Position numbers and translations under genes: made by a program
Assembly: GCA_010405405.1 (NCBI GenBank)
Contig: MU004231.1
Coordinates: forward strand, 124,001-188,000
Length of the DNA: 64,000 nucleotides
From: Microthyrium microscopicum
Taxonomy: Eukaryota
Direction: 5' to 3'
Shown here: positions 12,738-24,853 of the stretch, one piece after another
Layout: the number at the start of each line of letters is the position of its first letter
Numbering within the stretch: position 1 is the stretch's first letter
The notes under the pieces: model-generated
The model's database searches: none
The model's input: the letters and a program-made list of their open reading frames with translations, nothing else
What the model was told of the DNA's origin: nothing

Positions 12738-14686
12738 GGGTGGAGATGTAGTTTGTCGTGTACTACGAAGTGATGGTATGATACCCATTTTTTCAATCAT
12801 TACAGGTTTTTCTTCTGCATTTTGAATTCACATGGTGTTGAAATTGATCAATTTTCTATCATATAAACATTGAAGAAATTAACCCACGTGGTTGTTTCCA
12901 AGAACATGGCTATACAACAGCTTATTGGTTAGTTTGAAAGTATCGAGTTCCACAACTACTTGCAAAAGCAAGGACGGTACCTGGAAACTTCATGCTATCA
13001 GTCGTAAATGTTTCAAAAAGGGCTAATTACGAGGCTTGAACAGAAACGAGTCGGGACAGACGCAGTACCAAGGCACAAATACCACTACGGGTAATATCGG
13101 TTACTTCTGAAGGATTCAGATTCAACAATCAGAAGACAAAATTCATGTCTTGGCCATTACGTGTTGCAGTTTCGCGATGCGACTGATCTGATACGTAGTA
13201 GGCACATACGAGTTGGGTGAGATTCAGCAGATGCAAGCAACGTGAGTTGGATGAATCCTACGGAAGATTTCAGAAGGTTCAGCTTGTTGTATGCAAGATG
13301 GATGGAAAGGAATGTAGAAAAACCGGTATTCATAGAAGATTCCACGCCAATTAGTATCGTGTCGGTAGTAGAATAAAAGTTGTGGGGAGTGGCACAGGGG
13401 CAGGAGGAAGAAGGCAACCAATGCCAGGGCAGTTCGAAGCGCTCACACTGCGACGCTTCTCGACTCCGGCACCTTGCGTGCATGATCAAGCGCTATTCGG
13501 GAAATATAGGCATTCTGACTCGTCGAGCGAAAATAGACATTTGGACGCCCGATACTGGAGCTATTGGTGATAGATGCAGAGGAGAAGACGACGTAGGCGC
13601 TTCGTGGTTGGTATCGTGAGGGCTTTTCTTGGTCAGTTCGTACATCAAACCAACCATGGTGAAGGGCAAAGGCTCGTTAAGGTTGGTTCTGAGCTCTAGA
13701 CCAATTCCAGTTGCGTATTTTCTGATCCAGCACATATCCTGTAGGATCTATTCGATAACAAACTGTGGTGGTTGGACTTGTGGCGTGGATATTGGCTGAT
13801 ACTTTGATATATCTTGATTGAACGGCCCATCTCTGGCTTGGAGGCACCAGATGTTACTAGAACAAATCCCTGTGACACATCCTCACCACTTCTAGCAGTT
13901 TGGACTGTCGCAAAGTGTCTCGCTGCAAGATATATCTGCAGCTTGTATCCTTAACCCAAGGGCTGGGATTCCCATCCTGACGGACAGCTATCCGACGCTT
14001 TGCTCATTTCGCCCAAGGCTTTCCAACTCACTGTTCCACCTATCCTAAACCGACTTGCGACCTCGACAACAGCCGGTTTGCCTTGTGGTTGTTACGATCG
14101 CAGAGCAAGTGTAGCCGTTGCAACCTCTAACCCGGCCACCTGGAGATCGAACTTTTGGCTGTGGTGTAGCGCCATATCTTTTGTGGCATTGGAAGTTGAG
14201 TGTTGAGTGGTTGAGAGATCTAGAGCACAGATTCGCCTCGATCAGGGCCGTACCTTGGCCGTACGTACCTTTTCCTGCCGGTGGACAGTGGAGTCGGACA
14301 CAAATCCAACCTTCCTTCTCCCCACATTTCTCAATTAAACCCCTTTCCAATCCGGCCATCGACCACCCCCTCCACCCTGTTAATCTCGCCCACCTCTGTT
14401 CTACCCAAACCTGGAGATATTTCGTTTCTTTCACTATCTGTTACGCTCAATCTTGGCCTTAGCATCATTTCCTGTCATACGCCTGAAATCTTAGCTCCTG
14501 GGCATTTCTTCCTTCTTGCATTCCCATCTACCTGGTCGTTTGATCCTGTCGATCCTGTCCAACTACCCCAATCCTCTCTCCACGTTTATACTCTGTCACC
14601 GAACGCGTTCAAAACAATTCAAAGGATATATACAACGACGGCTGGACTAAACGCTTGGCTTTTCTTGAACCTCCTCCACCGGCGAC

Positions 14687-16429
14687 ATGTCGCTCAAGCA
14701 GGTATGATGCCTTCGTTTCTCGGCACAAAGCCCCACTCTAATGTGAAGCAGGAAATCGAAACCTGGGTGAAGGCGGTTGCTTCTTACGATAATAATGACT
14801 TTGATGAAGCTTTAAACTGCTTTGCTGAGATCGCCGATACCTCGAAAATACTCTTCAATTGTGGAGTCATACATGCGACGTTGGGAGAACATGAGAAGGC
14901 TGTAAGCATCATCATTACCTCAACTTCTCCTTCGAGTACTTACATTTACTAGGTGAAATGCTATACCGATGCGATCAAAGCCGATAACTATCTTGCGGTC
15001 GCCTACTTCCAACAAGGCGTGTCCAATTTCCTCGTTGGCGATTTCGAAGAAGCATTGGCAAACTTCAACGATACCCTTCTATACCTTCGCGGAAACAAAT
15101 ACATTGATTACGAACAATTGGGTTTAAAATTCAAGTTATATTCTTGCGAGGTTCTGTTCAACCGAGGACTGTGTTACATATACCTTCAACAGTTGGATCA
15201 GGGTCTTCAAGATCTCAACTTTGCTGTGCAAGAAAAGGCCATTCCTGATCATGATGTTATCGATGATGCCATCAAGGAACGGGCAGAAGGCTACACTGTA
15301 TTCTCCATACCTGTGGGCGTTATTTACAGGCCAAACGAGGCCAAGGTGAAGAACTTAAGGGCCAAGGACTATCTTGGAAAGGCCAAGCTTATTGCTACCG
15401 TCGATCAAGCCAACGCGTTTACCGGATTTACAGGCGCAGAAATGAAGAGAATGAATGGGCCAGATGCTGCGAAAGATGATCGACCTGAAGATGGGATATC
15501 ATACGCTGCAAGCAACTTGGTGAAGCCAGAGATCAAAAGTCGAAATCGCCAACCATCAGAACCTACACCTCCGACACGCGACATGTTCCCACCTACTCCA
15601 CCTCCTGACGGCGACAGAAGCAAGAGTGGAGGAATGTCAAGAGCAGAATCTGTTCGCGCTGGACCAAAGCCTCGTCCCTTGGACCTCTCAATTGCAGGCT
15701 TTGATCGGCCGCAAAAACCTCAACCCGAACTTTCTCGATCAAAATCTGAGCGGTCACCAAACCTACCAGTTCGATCACGGACTCAATCCGAAAGACCTAA
15801 TATGCGTGATTCTCCCAGCGGTCTTGGTCGAATGCAGTCAGAGCGCCGTCCATCATACGCCAGTTCAAGAGGAAATTTACGCTCGCCAAATGGATACATG
15901 GACGATCAATATGACGAAGTTTTCGACATGTATGGTCGACAAAGTGTAGCCCGAAATGGTCAACAAGCTCCGAGCAACAGGTCCACCAATTTCATCTCGG
16001 AAGAGGACGAGGACGAGTATGGAGGTGTTCTTGACGAGCCTGAATTCGATATGATGTCTCGCGGAGCTCGCAATTCAAGGCAGCAACAGCAACAGCGGCG
16101 ATCCGTAGATGTCAAGAAGATTCGAGTTAAAGTACACTCTGATGACACCAGATATGTCATGATTGGCACAGCAGTAGAATTTCGAGACTTTATTGACCAA
16201 ATCAGAACAAAATTTGGCATACGGCAAAGCTTCAAGGTCAAAATAAAGGACGATGGCGATATGATCACCATGGCTGACCAGGACGATTTGGAAATGGCTC
16301 TGATGCAGTCTGTTTCTGACGCTCGGAAGGAGAGGAATGAGATGGGCAAGATGGAAGTAAGTAACGCCAAGATCATTCGATATATATATATGCTAACATA
16401 ATACCCAGGTTTGGATTCAGCCAGTTTAG
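14687..16429 (+). CDS. noxR: NADPH oxidase regulator NoxR (p67phox homologue; TPR + PB1)
   Basis: MSLKQ|EIETWVKA N-terminus, TPR region (YLAVAYFQQGVSNFLVGDFEEALANFNDTLLYLRGN..IDYEQLGLKFKLYSCEVLFNRG), C-terminal PB1 (KIRVKVH...KDDGDMITMADQDDL). Three introns; final exon VWIQPV*. Confidence 0.96.
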
Positions 16430-18194
16430 GCTATTTCTTATCTACCACCGGGCTTTTTAGTTGGTTTCTGATTTTATTCATAATACCCCATGGCGAATCA
16501 TTCTCGCATTTTTACACGACACGTCATGACCCATTTTTGCCAATTCTATACATGTATATACAGAGCTTTGGTCTCTACCAACCATATTTTCCAATACAGC
16601 ATTACAAACTTGGAAACGACTTACACAATTCCGAGTATGCTTTTTCCAAGTTTCTTATCGAGCAGCTTCGATCACTTGGTGCATTGAGCTCGGCTCACAA
16701 TTTAGACAAACGTGACCTATACGTGCTATAGATTATATGCGGAGCCACTCTAGATTGCTTTGAGCCACAGTTTGGCTGCGGCATATTGTCGATCTATCGC
16801 GATTTGAGTATTGCAGTTTATGGTATGTTTTCGTGAAGGATTTATCAGGAGGATATGCTAACAACTTGAGTATAGTATAGATATAATGTCGCTAGATACC
16901 AGGCTCACCAGTATTTCAGTACCCCAACTACCTCGTCGACTCTGAAGCTATTCTAGTGCTAAGCTTTCTTCCGTCTTCCGTAGTGCCATTTCAGATTGCT
17001 TGATCTAGTGAAAGCCAAGCAATGCACGAGTGGTGGCGAGAACTGATTGTTCCTAGAGTGACAAGGCCGGATTTCCTCGACTCGCAGCTATCGCTGGCCA
17101 GAACTTGGCATGCGATACAACCTCGTGGTTTTCTAATAACTAACTATATTCCATCTGCAGGCATTGGGTATCAGAAACCCGTGCACTTTGTAGGGATCAG
17201 GGGATGGTCAATAACTCAGCCGCCAACCGCCCTGGCAAGCAAGCAAGCCTAGTCGGTCGACGCGGAACGGAACGCTCTCGTTCAGTCGTTATGGACGACA
17301 CGTGTTGGATGCAATGTTACATTCGCCGCACAGTGCTAGTGAGAAAGGTATAGTATCGGGATTCAAAACACTTTTCTAGGCCATGATACTAAACATTCAT
17401 TTTGGTAGATGCCTCAATGGCCTTACACGAAGAAAGATGAAGATGATTGTTCAGACATGCCTTCTGCCTTCTCTTTAAAGGACCCCCATCCTTCTTTGGA
17501 TGGCAATCAAAAATAGACATCTTGCATTTAGAGTTTTCATGGTATCCTCAGTAGCGCTGATTGCAGCCTATCACATGGTTCATGAAGCAATAGTTACATT
17601 GACATCCAAGATCGATTACCACAAGGATCAAAATCACTGCCTATCGGAAGATTGAAGCACGCTCTTAAAGATATGGAGCTTTGGAAATCTAGCCCCAGAA
17701 GCTTCCAATGGCTTTCTCTCGATCTCATAAACTTATGGCCGATAAGACATTTCCAACTTTATACCGGGACTTGACTGCCAATTACCAATGTATCCTTGAG
17801 GATAACATGTGAACTATTGCTGCCATGAAGATCATCTGTAACGCAAAATGGATAGGAAGGTGAAGTTCCCCCTGCCGTCGGTCTTCTCGTACGTCTTGTC
17901 GTTCGACTGGCTCGGGTCTAATCCCTATCGAATTAATGATTTGATGCAGGGTCACCAAAACGGCATCTGAAGAGCAGTTAACATCCAGGAATATCAATGT
18001 TTGCCAACGTTTTTCGCACCGGGGTCATCCTTATGCGTTTTGGTGTATACTACCCCAGATTAACGTCTTATGTTCTAATCCATCGTCAATAACTTTCGTT
18101 TTGTTCAATTGAACTTTTTTCAGAACTGGCGTAGTAGGACTCTCTGCGTCCCAAGAGACGTCGATCAAGGCAATTGTGCCTCTGGAGCTGTAGA

Positions 18195-21100
18195 ATGGCA
18201 GACTACACATTACGGCGGAATTCAATACGGTCGGCTCTTTCCATTGACTCGGAATACCTGGATGCCGATGTGCCAGCACTGTCTTTTTCTTTCAGCGGCC
18301 CGGAACAGCTCAGTGTTCTGGATGACCAAAATACACACAACCAACACCATCGGTCGGTCAGTAATAGTGCGAATACTGCAGGACCGAGCATCAGTCCACC
18401 TCTAGTCGAGCCTAGAGCTCATTCTGCCAACGACGTCTACCCTAGTCACGACAGATATCTTCCACCATTTGCACCTCAGCCGCGAAATCGCTCTGCCTTA
18501 GAATTTCGTAATGACAATCGCTCATACACACCTCCTCCGGACGCGAGGGCGTCTGGTCCTCCAGTTAGTCTGCAAGGAGTACGGGATGGCAATGCTAGAT
18601 ACCTCACAGTCTGTACTTTTGCTGCCTGATTTAATCAATTGCTAATCGATTACAGATGGTCAACTACATATACAAACGCGTAGCAGCATACGACTGGCTG
18701 AGTCCATCAGTCCCTGGCAGTCCAAGGGGTGTATTGCTGAGGAGGGATCGTGGAGTATACGTGACGAAGCCTTACAATATCGATCCAATGCTGCTCGCTG
18801 CCGTACAAAAGCTCAATTGCACAGTCGCTTTCACATTTTCCACACAAACTACGCTCGCTGTAGCCGGGAACGTACAACCGGACGAAACGGAAATCGTGTT
18901 ACCTGATGGTTTTCAACTACAAGTTATTGATTCTTTGGCAGATATTGTCAATTCAGGCTCGAATTTTGTCAAGAAGTTTCAGTATGGCGCTTTTCTTCGA
19001 CAGGAGCAGATTGTTCTTGTTTGGCATGATGATCTGGAAATGATATTGGCGCAGGCTTCGCATTTGGAGGATAAACTTCTTGGACTGGTAAGTCAGCGAC
19101 CGACACATCTGGCGCTACAATACTGACTGACGTTACTATAGGTTTGGGGATCGACGTTTTCACCTTTCCAACTTCCATCTTCATACGAGTCGCGATCAGC
19201 TTCCCGCAGGCTATCTTCAAACTCGATTCCTGTATCATTTAAAGAAAAAGCAATCATCAGCTCCGGCACTGAAGTACCAGCCTCCCCAGACGCCTATGGG
19301 GAAGAAGAGAAAGGTCAAAAAGGAGCAAAAAGCAAGAAAGACAAGAAAGCTTACGATCCTAATGCTCGACCAGTCAAATGGACCAGTTCTCTAAATACCG
19401 CAATTGGCATGGCGCTCATCCTAGTGCTCATTCTAGGATTTGGTGTTGCCAACATAACCTTTGAAACCCTCACGGACGGTACATATACTCGTTTTGCACT
19501 ATTCGCCACGATCCCTCTATTTCTGGTCCTTAGCATCTTCTTTGCTATCGTTCTTGTCTCTGATGTCTTTCGCACTTTTGGACCTATTACGAATGTACGC
19601 ACCAACTCCCGGTTCTTCTCAGCAATCGCGCCCGACGTGCCGCTCGCGTACTCAAAGGGCTTTCGACCACCACATATTACGATCCAAATGCCGGTATACA
19701 AAGAGTCGTTGGAGGGCGTTATTGTGCCTACGTTACGTAGTTTAAAAGCTGCGATTTCGCACTACGAGTCCCATGGTGGCTCAGCCTCAGTTTTTGTTAA
19801 TGACGATGGCCTAGCGTTTCTCTCGGACCAGGAACGACAAGCGAGGATAGATTTTTATCACGATAATAATGTTGGCTGGGTAGCGAGGCCCGCGCATGGT
19901 GATAATGGGTTTGAAAGAAAGGGCAAGTTCAAGAAGGCGTCAAATATGAACTTTTGTCTCAATGTGTCGTGTAAAGTTGAGAAGCAGCTCTTGCAGCTTG
20001 TGGCGAACAGGATGGTGGAAACGAACTCGTCTGATTATTATCTCGATTCTAGGGAAGAGGAGGAAATGTACTATGAGGCGTTGCATCATGTGCTGAAAAC
20101 GGATCCTAGAGCACAGGCTGGTGGGAATATTCGTGTTGGCGAGATCATTCTTATTGTGGATTCTGATACACGAGTGGTAAGTCATTGGCCATGCTTCTTC
20201 TCATCTTCCGCTAATATGATATAGCCTGATGATTGCTTGCTTCTTGGAGCTGCTGAAATGTTTCTCTCCCCAGAAGTTGCTATTATCCAACACTCAACAG
20301 GCGTTATGCAGGTTGCACACGACTACTTTGAAAATGGGATCACTTTCTTTACAACTCTAATCTACTCATCGATCCGGTTTGCAGTTGCAAATGGCGAGGT
20401 CAGCGCCTTCGTAGGTCATAATGCATTCATATCCTGGGCTCGTAAGTAGTCGCTCACTATGTGAACTCCAGATGCTGACATTCTACAGAATTACAATCAG
20501 TAGGTGTTGTTGAAAGCAATGGTTATGTGGCATACTGGTCCGAATGCCATGTATCTGAAGATTTCGACGTCGCTCTGCGCCTTCAGAATGCAGGTTCGTA
20601 CACTTTATTCAATCCTACCAGAGAGACAATCTGACATGCATCCTACAGGCAGCATCATCCGCTTGGCTACCTATCACAACGACGATTTCAAAGAAGGCGT
20701 CTCTCTAACAATATACGACGAACTCAACCGGTGGGAGAAATACGCATACGGTTGCAACGAACTAGTCTTCAACCCAATCCACACCTGGCTATGGCGCGGC
20801 CCATTCACCAAGCTCTTCGGAGCATTCATGTTCGGCAACATGCATCTATCATCCAAGATAACCATCCTCGGCTACATATCATCCTGTAAACCACCCCTAA
20901 ACCTTCTTCTCCTAAAACAATCACTGACAACGTAACATAGATTACGCCATAGCCTCAAGTTTCCCCATGACAATTCTAAACTACTTCCTAACCGGCTGGT
21001 TCCTCGACGATCTCGACAAATGGTACATGCCATCCTGGCAAATCTTCCTCTCCGTAATCCTTGTCTTCTCCATAATCGGCAACCTCTCCCTCGCAATCCT

Positions 21101-21542
21101 ACGCTACCGCCTAGCCGAAAAAGGGCTTTGGGAAGCATTGTTCGAAAACTTCAAATGGATGCCCTTCTTCTCCCTCTTCTTCGGCGGCATCTCTTTTCAC
21201 ATTTCACTTGCGTTGTTGGCACATATGACAGGCATTGGCATGAGTTGGGGCGCAACGACGAAGGAGGTGGAGAATAGTAATTTCTTTAGAGAGATGCCGA
21301 AGATATGGAGCAGGTTCAAGTGGATGTATCTAGTGATTTGGCCGCTGGTGGGCGGGATGCTGTATTTGGGGATTTGGGCGCCGGTGGGGTGGAGGATTCA
21401 GGAGGTTATTAGTGTGGTGCCGTTGGCGGTTATGTTGGTTTGTCATGCGTTGGTGCCTTTTGTGCTTAATCCTAGTGAGTATCTTCCCGGTGATGTTGGT
21501 GGTGTACTGACTGTCGCAGGTATCATGGTGTTTAATTACTGA
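18195..21542 (+). CDS. Multi-TM GT2-family glycosyltransferase (Glyco_trans_2_3-like), paralog A; 7 introns
   Basis: Exons join in frame via introns ~18609-18655, 19088-19141, 20177-20224, ~20442-20488, ~20593-20648, ~20886-20940 and ~21475-21519. Motifs ITIQMPVYKE, VNDDG, KKASNMN, DSD, FVGHNA, VSEDF, ELNRWEKYAYG; several C-terminal TM helices. Confidence 0.9.
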
Positions 21543-21769
21543 AGCATAGTCGTTTGTTAAAAGCTTGGAGTTAAAGGTTTGTGGAACTGCTTTAGAGTTC
21601 CGATATAAATACATTTTAATCGCCGTGGGAGCTTATGGCCTACATGGGACCTCTCTAATTTCACAATTCATACACACTGGAGAGATTCATACACGCTGGG
21701 AAGATATTGAATCAATGAAATCAGATTCTAACGAATGAACATGACTTCAACAGGGCTAGTTATCGCATC

Positions 21770-23005
21770 TCAAAACACTGCATTCCAGAAACGGTGCGAT
21801 ATCCACTCAGTCCAGAAATCTTTCTTGAACTCGTTAAACAGTTCCATGAATTTGGCATCGATCGGTGGTGCGACTTGACAGAAAATCACAGCCGCGACAC
21901 CAGACTTCCTCGAAGCAAACCAGGAACAATTCATAGCACCATGCCACATCAGCATCGATTCTGGCTGGCCGTTGAATTTTGCCTGTCTGCCAGGGATGAA
22001 GAGGCCTCCAAGGGTATGATTGACGTTGTCTGACTCCTGCACGCCACTCCATACCTCGTATGAGCGTCTTCCTTCTGGCGAGCAAAGCGCTTGAAGTGGG
22101 TTGGAACCAGGCCAAAACTGAGGTCTGAAGAGCGCCTCAACACTCTCTTCACTCAACAGTCTGGGATCTTCAGACACGATATCTGCAAGTACGGCGATAT
22201 ACTGATCTGGCGACATAACCAGGCCACTCCCACCCATCTCGCTCTTGACATTCTCACCGGAAGGGACAGTTGTTGGCTCCAATCCACCACGTGTGGTCCT
22301 GTTGGCCGCTTCCACGAGTAAGGCCTTGGTTTCCTAGTCTTTGGCCAAGTCAAAGGTGGGCCAAGGGGCACTACAGCCAATTGGCTTGAAGATATTCTCG
22401 ATCATGTACTCCTCGCAGGAAATATCGCCATTCAGTCGAGACAAGGCAACTCCACCCCATTCAAGGCCGCCTCCTGGAGTCCAGCCGTCTCCCGGATTGA
22501 AGATCAACGGCAGCTGATAAGCCTCAGAGACACTCGTTGACCAGCTGGTAGACTTCTCGTTTCGACTCTTGCGCCACGCCATCAAGATAGGACTACCCGC
22601 GTCGTATGGATTGCCGTTTGTGTGTGTCAGCAGATGTCGTAATGTCACTGGCGTTGTCGGCTTTTCGAACACGAATTCGTTGGTAGCTGGATTGTTATCT
22701 TTGTAAGATATTATAGGAAGTTTTCCAAGCTCTGGGACCACTCGGGAGATTGGTTCGTCCAGATCAATGAGGCCACGGTCGACGCATTGCAGCAAGGCAA
22801 TGGCGGTGATCAGCTTGGTGGCTGATGCGATCTTGAAGAAGTGAGAACCTGCCACTGCCTCTGAGGTGGGATTGCTGGTGCGATGGCCGGATTGCTTTTG
22901 GTAGAAGACGTTGCGTCTTCTGTCAACACCGCGGCAGACGATGCCATAGGCGACTGGCTTACGTGAATCCGTTGCGGCTCTGAGGGTTTCATCAAAGGAT
23001 GCCAT
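21770..23005 (-). pseudogene. Beta-lactamase-family (LovD/EstB-like) serine hydrolase with an in-frame premature stop
   Basis: SxxK motif (IASATK), LRHLLTHT, LPLIFNPG and C-terminal WHG..N.SW motifs. ORFs 22334-23038 and 21770-22315 are in the same frame, separated by one TAG at 22336-22334. The usual catalytic Tyr position reads WTPG. Confidence 0.8.
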
Positions 23006-24853
23006 GGCAATGAAATGGCTTAGATATTGTTGGCGCAAAAGAATAAGGTGAACTTTGATGTTGTTTGTGGATGAAGTGGAGGATCTGTTCGGAAAGCTTT
23101 GGTTTCTTATGGCTACGGGTCGCTGTCACATAGCAGGAAGGTACCAGCCGATGGACAAAATAATTGACGTGCTCCCATCAACCTCGATGGCCCCCATATA
23201 GTACGGTCTATTATCAGCTTCGATGGCTTCCATATGACTTTTGGCTACCTTCGATCCGGTCGCACAAGACCAATACGTTGCCTTACCACGAAAGCTCTGG
23301 CGAACTGGTATACCAAGGCTGAACTACTTTTCAATGTTTGATGTCTGATGCGTGATGATAGATCATAGCTTTTACCTCCTAAAGGGCTAGGACTAGGGTC
23401 TGGAGTATTTCCATCGGCCTTCAGAGGAAGCTAGATAGCTTCTTTTTCTCATTATTTTGCTCAATACCTCGACTTCGTCTGATTATCAGTACGTGCTACC
23501 TCTCCATTGTCAAGGAACAGAAAGTCGCTCGACAGAAGCATCAATCAGTAGTGCTAAGGTGGCAATTGGCATATAGCAGTGAATCACACATTGTCAATAG
23601 GCCGACATAATAGATGGCAAGATCCCATCACTGGCATTGGGCCTCACCAGCACCTCTAAATAAGGAATGTTATATCTCCCATCGCTTGATTCATTTTCAA
23701 TGAACAGTTCAAGAAAGCAACATAGTAAGTATTTGGGAAAGAATTCAGATAGCAGCTGGCAGGCAACCACATGTCTTTCCTGCTCCCAAAGTTTAAAAAT
23801 AAGCTCAGCCTCAGCCTTGTCGGCCGCGCAACTTCCCATAACATGCAGCCAATCAGAAGACCCAAAAGGAAATGGGACTACAAACAAGGTTGAAACACAC
23901 GATTCGCCCTGCTGCTCTTCACTGGATGCGCCACTGCCTAACCTGACTTTAATGAAGTCATAGCATGGCACAGAAAAGAGGAGAGGTAGACGGGGATTTG
24001 CCGCAATAAGTCGATCATATAGTGATAGAGGAAGCAAGTAATGATTGTGAACGACAGCAGGTCGAGGCATATTCCTCGTACCTGAAGGCTAGCCTTACCA
24101 GGCTCTGCATGAAACTGCTGCAGGCGAATCTCAGCATGCTCTCAGCGTGAGGTGAGAGAGGTGGTCGTCAGCTCAACAGGAACTTGCCTCGTGCTGGAAA
24201 TACAGAGGGCGATGGGAGACATCAGGGTCAGATGCAGAGGGCGGGGGGATTGACGTCCCGGTGGCGCTTTTCCCATTTAGGCCAAGCTCGTGGCGCTGTC
24301 TCCATCTCAACGCCCGATCGGTTTATTATTGGTTCCACGATTTGCCTGTTTGCGCGATGCGCCATCCAACACCTGGAGTTCCTTGAGCATTTATCACGGA
24401 TTCACCAACTCTCGCTGGCAACTCGTAGTCTCGTACACAACGCTGTTCTGCACTGCCATTCTCTGCTAATCCTCTTCAATCCAAAGAAACGAGGACAAGC
24501 CTTGTAGCTGTTGAACCTTAATCTCATCTTCTCCTTCGCCCCTCAACTTTCCGCCCATTGATACTCCAACTCCTACTTTACTACCCTCACTCTTGTCTTA
24601 CTTTTACTCTCAGTGTCATATCTACACTGCTATCACTCGAGAGAAAGTGGTCTACTCATCTTTAACCTTTCGTTCTGCTACTCTCCTGATATTCAATCAG
24701 CTCCTCCAGTCACTCGCTGGCCCTGATCTTCGTGAAAGATCCCCTGTGTAAACCTGAAACTTCAACCACCATTCCTTCGAATTAAAGGTCTCCCAGCATT
24801 CCAGCAGCGTCATTAGCCTTTGTCCGCCGCTTTTCTGCTAATAGGACGTCACA

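Noticed and set aside
13157..13878. Cluster of minus-strand ORFs between CCS1 and noxR
   Set aside because: No recognisable motif or consistent splice model.
14281..14700. Long N-terminal extension of NoxR in ORF 14281-14952
   Set aside because: Artefact of reading through the CT-rich leader and intron 1; the real start is MSLKQ at 14687.
23594..24070. 158-aa ATG ORF divergent from the chitin synthase gene
   Set aside because: No motif, introns or other support; an orphan gene cannot be excluded but cannot be supported either.
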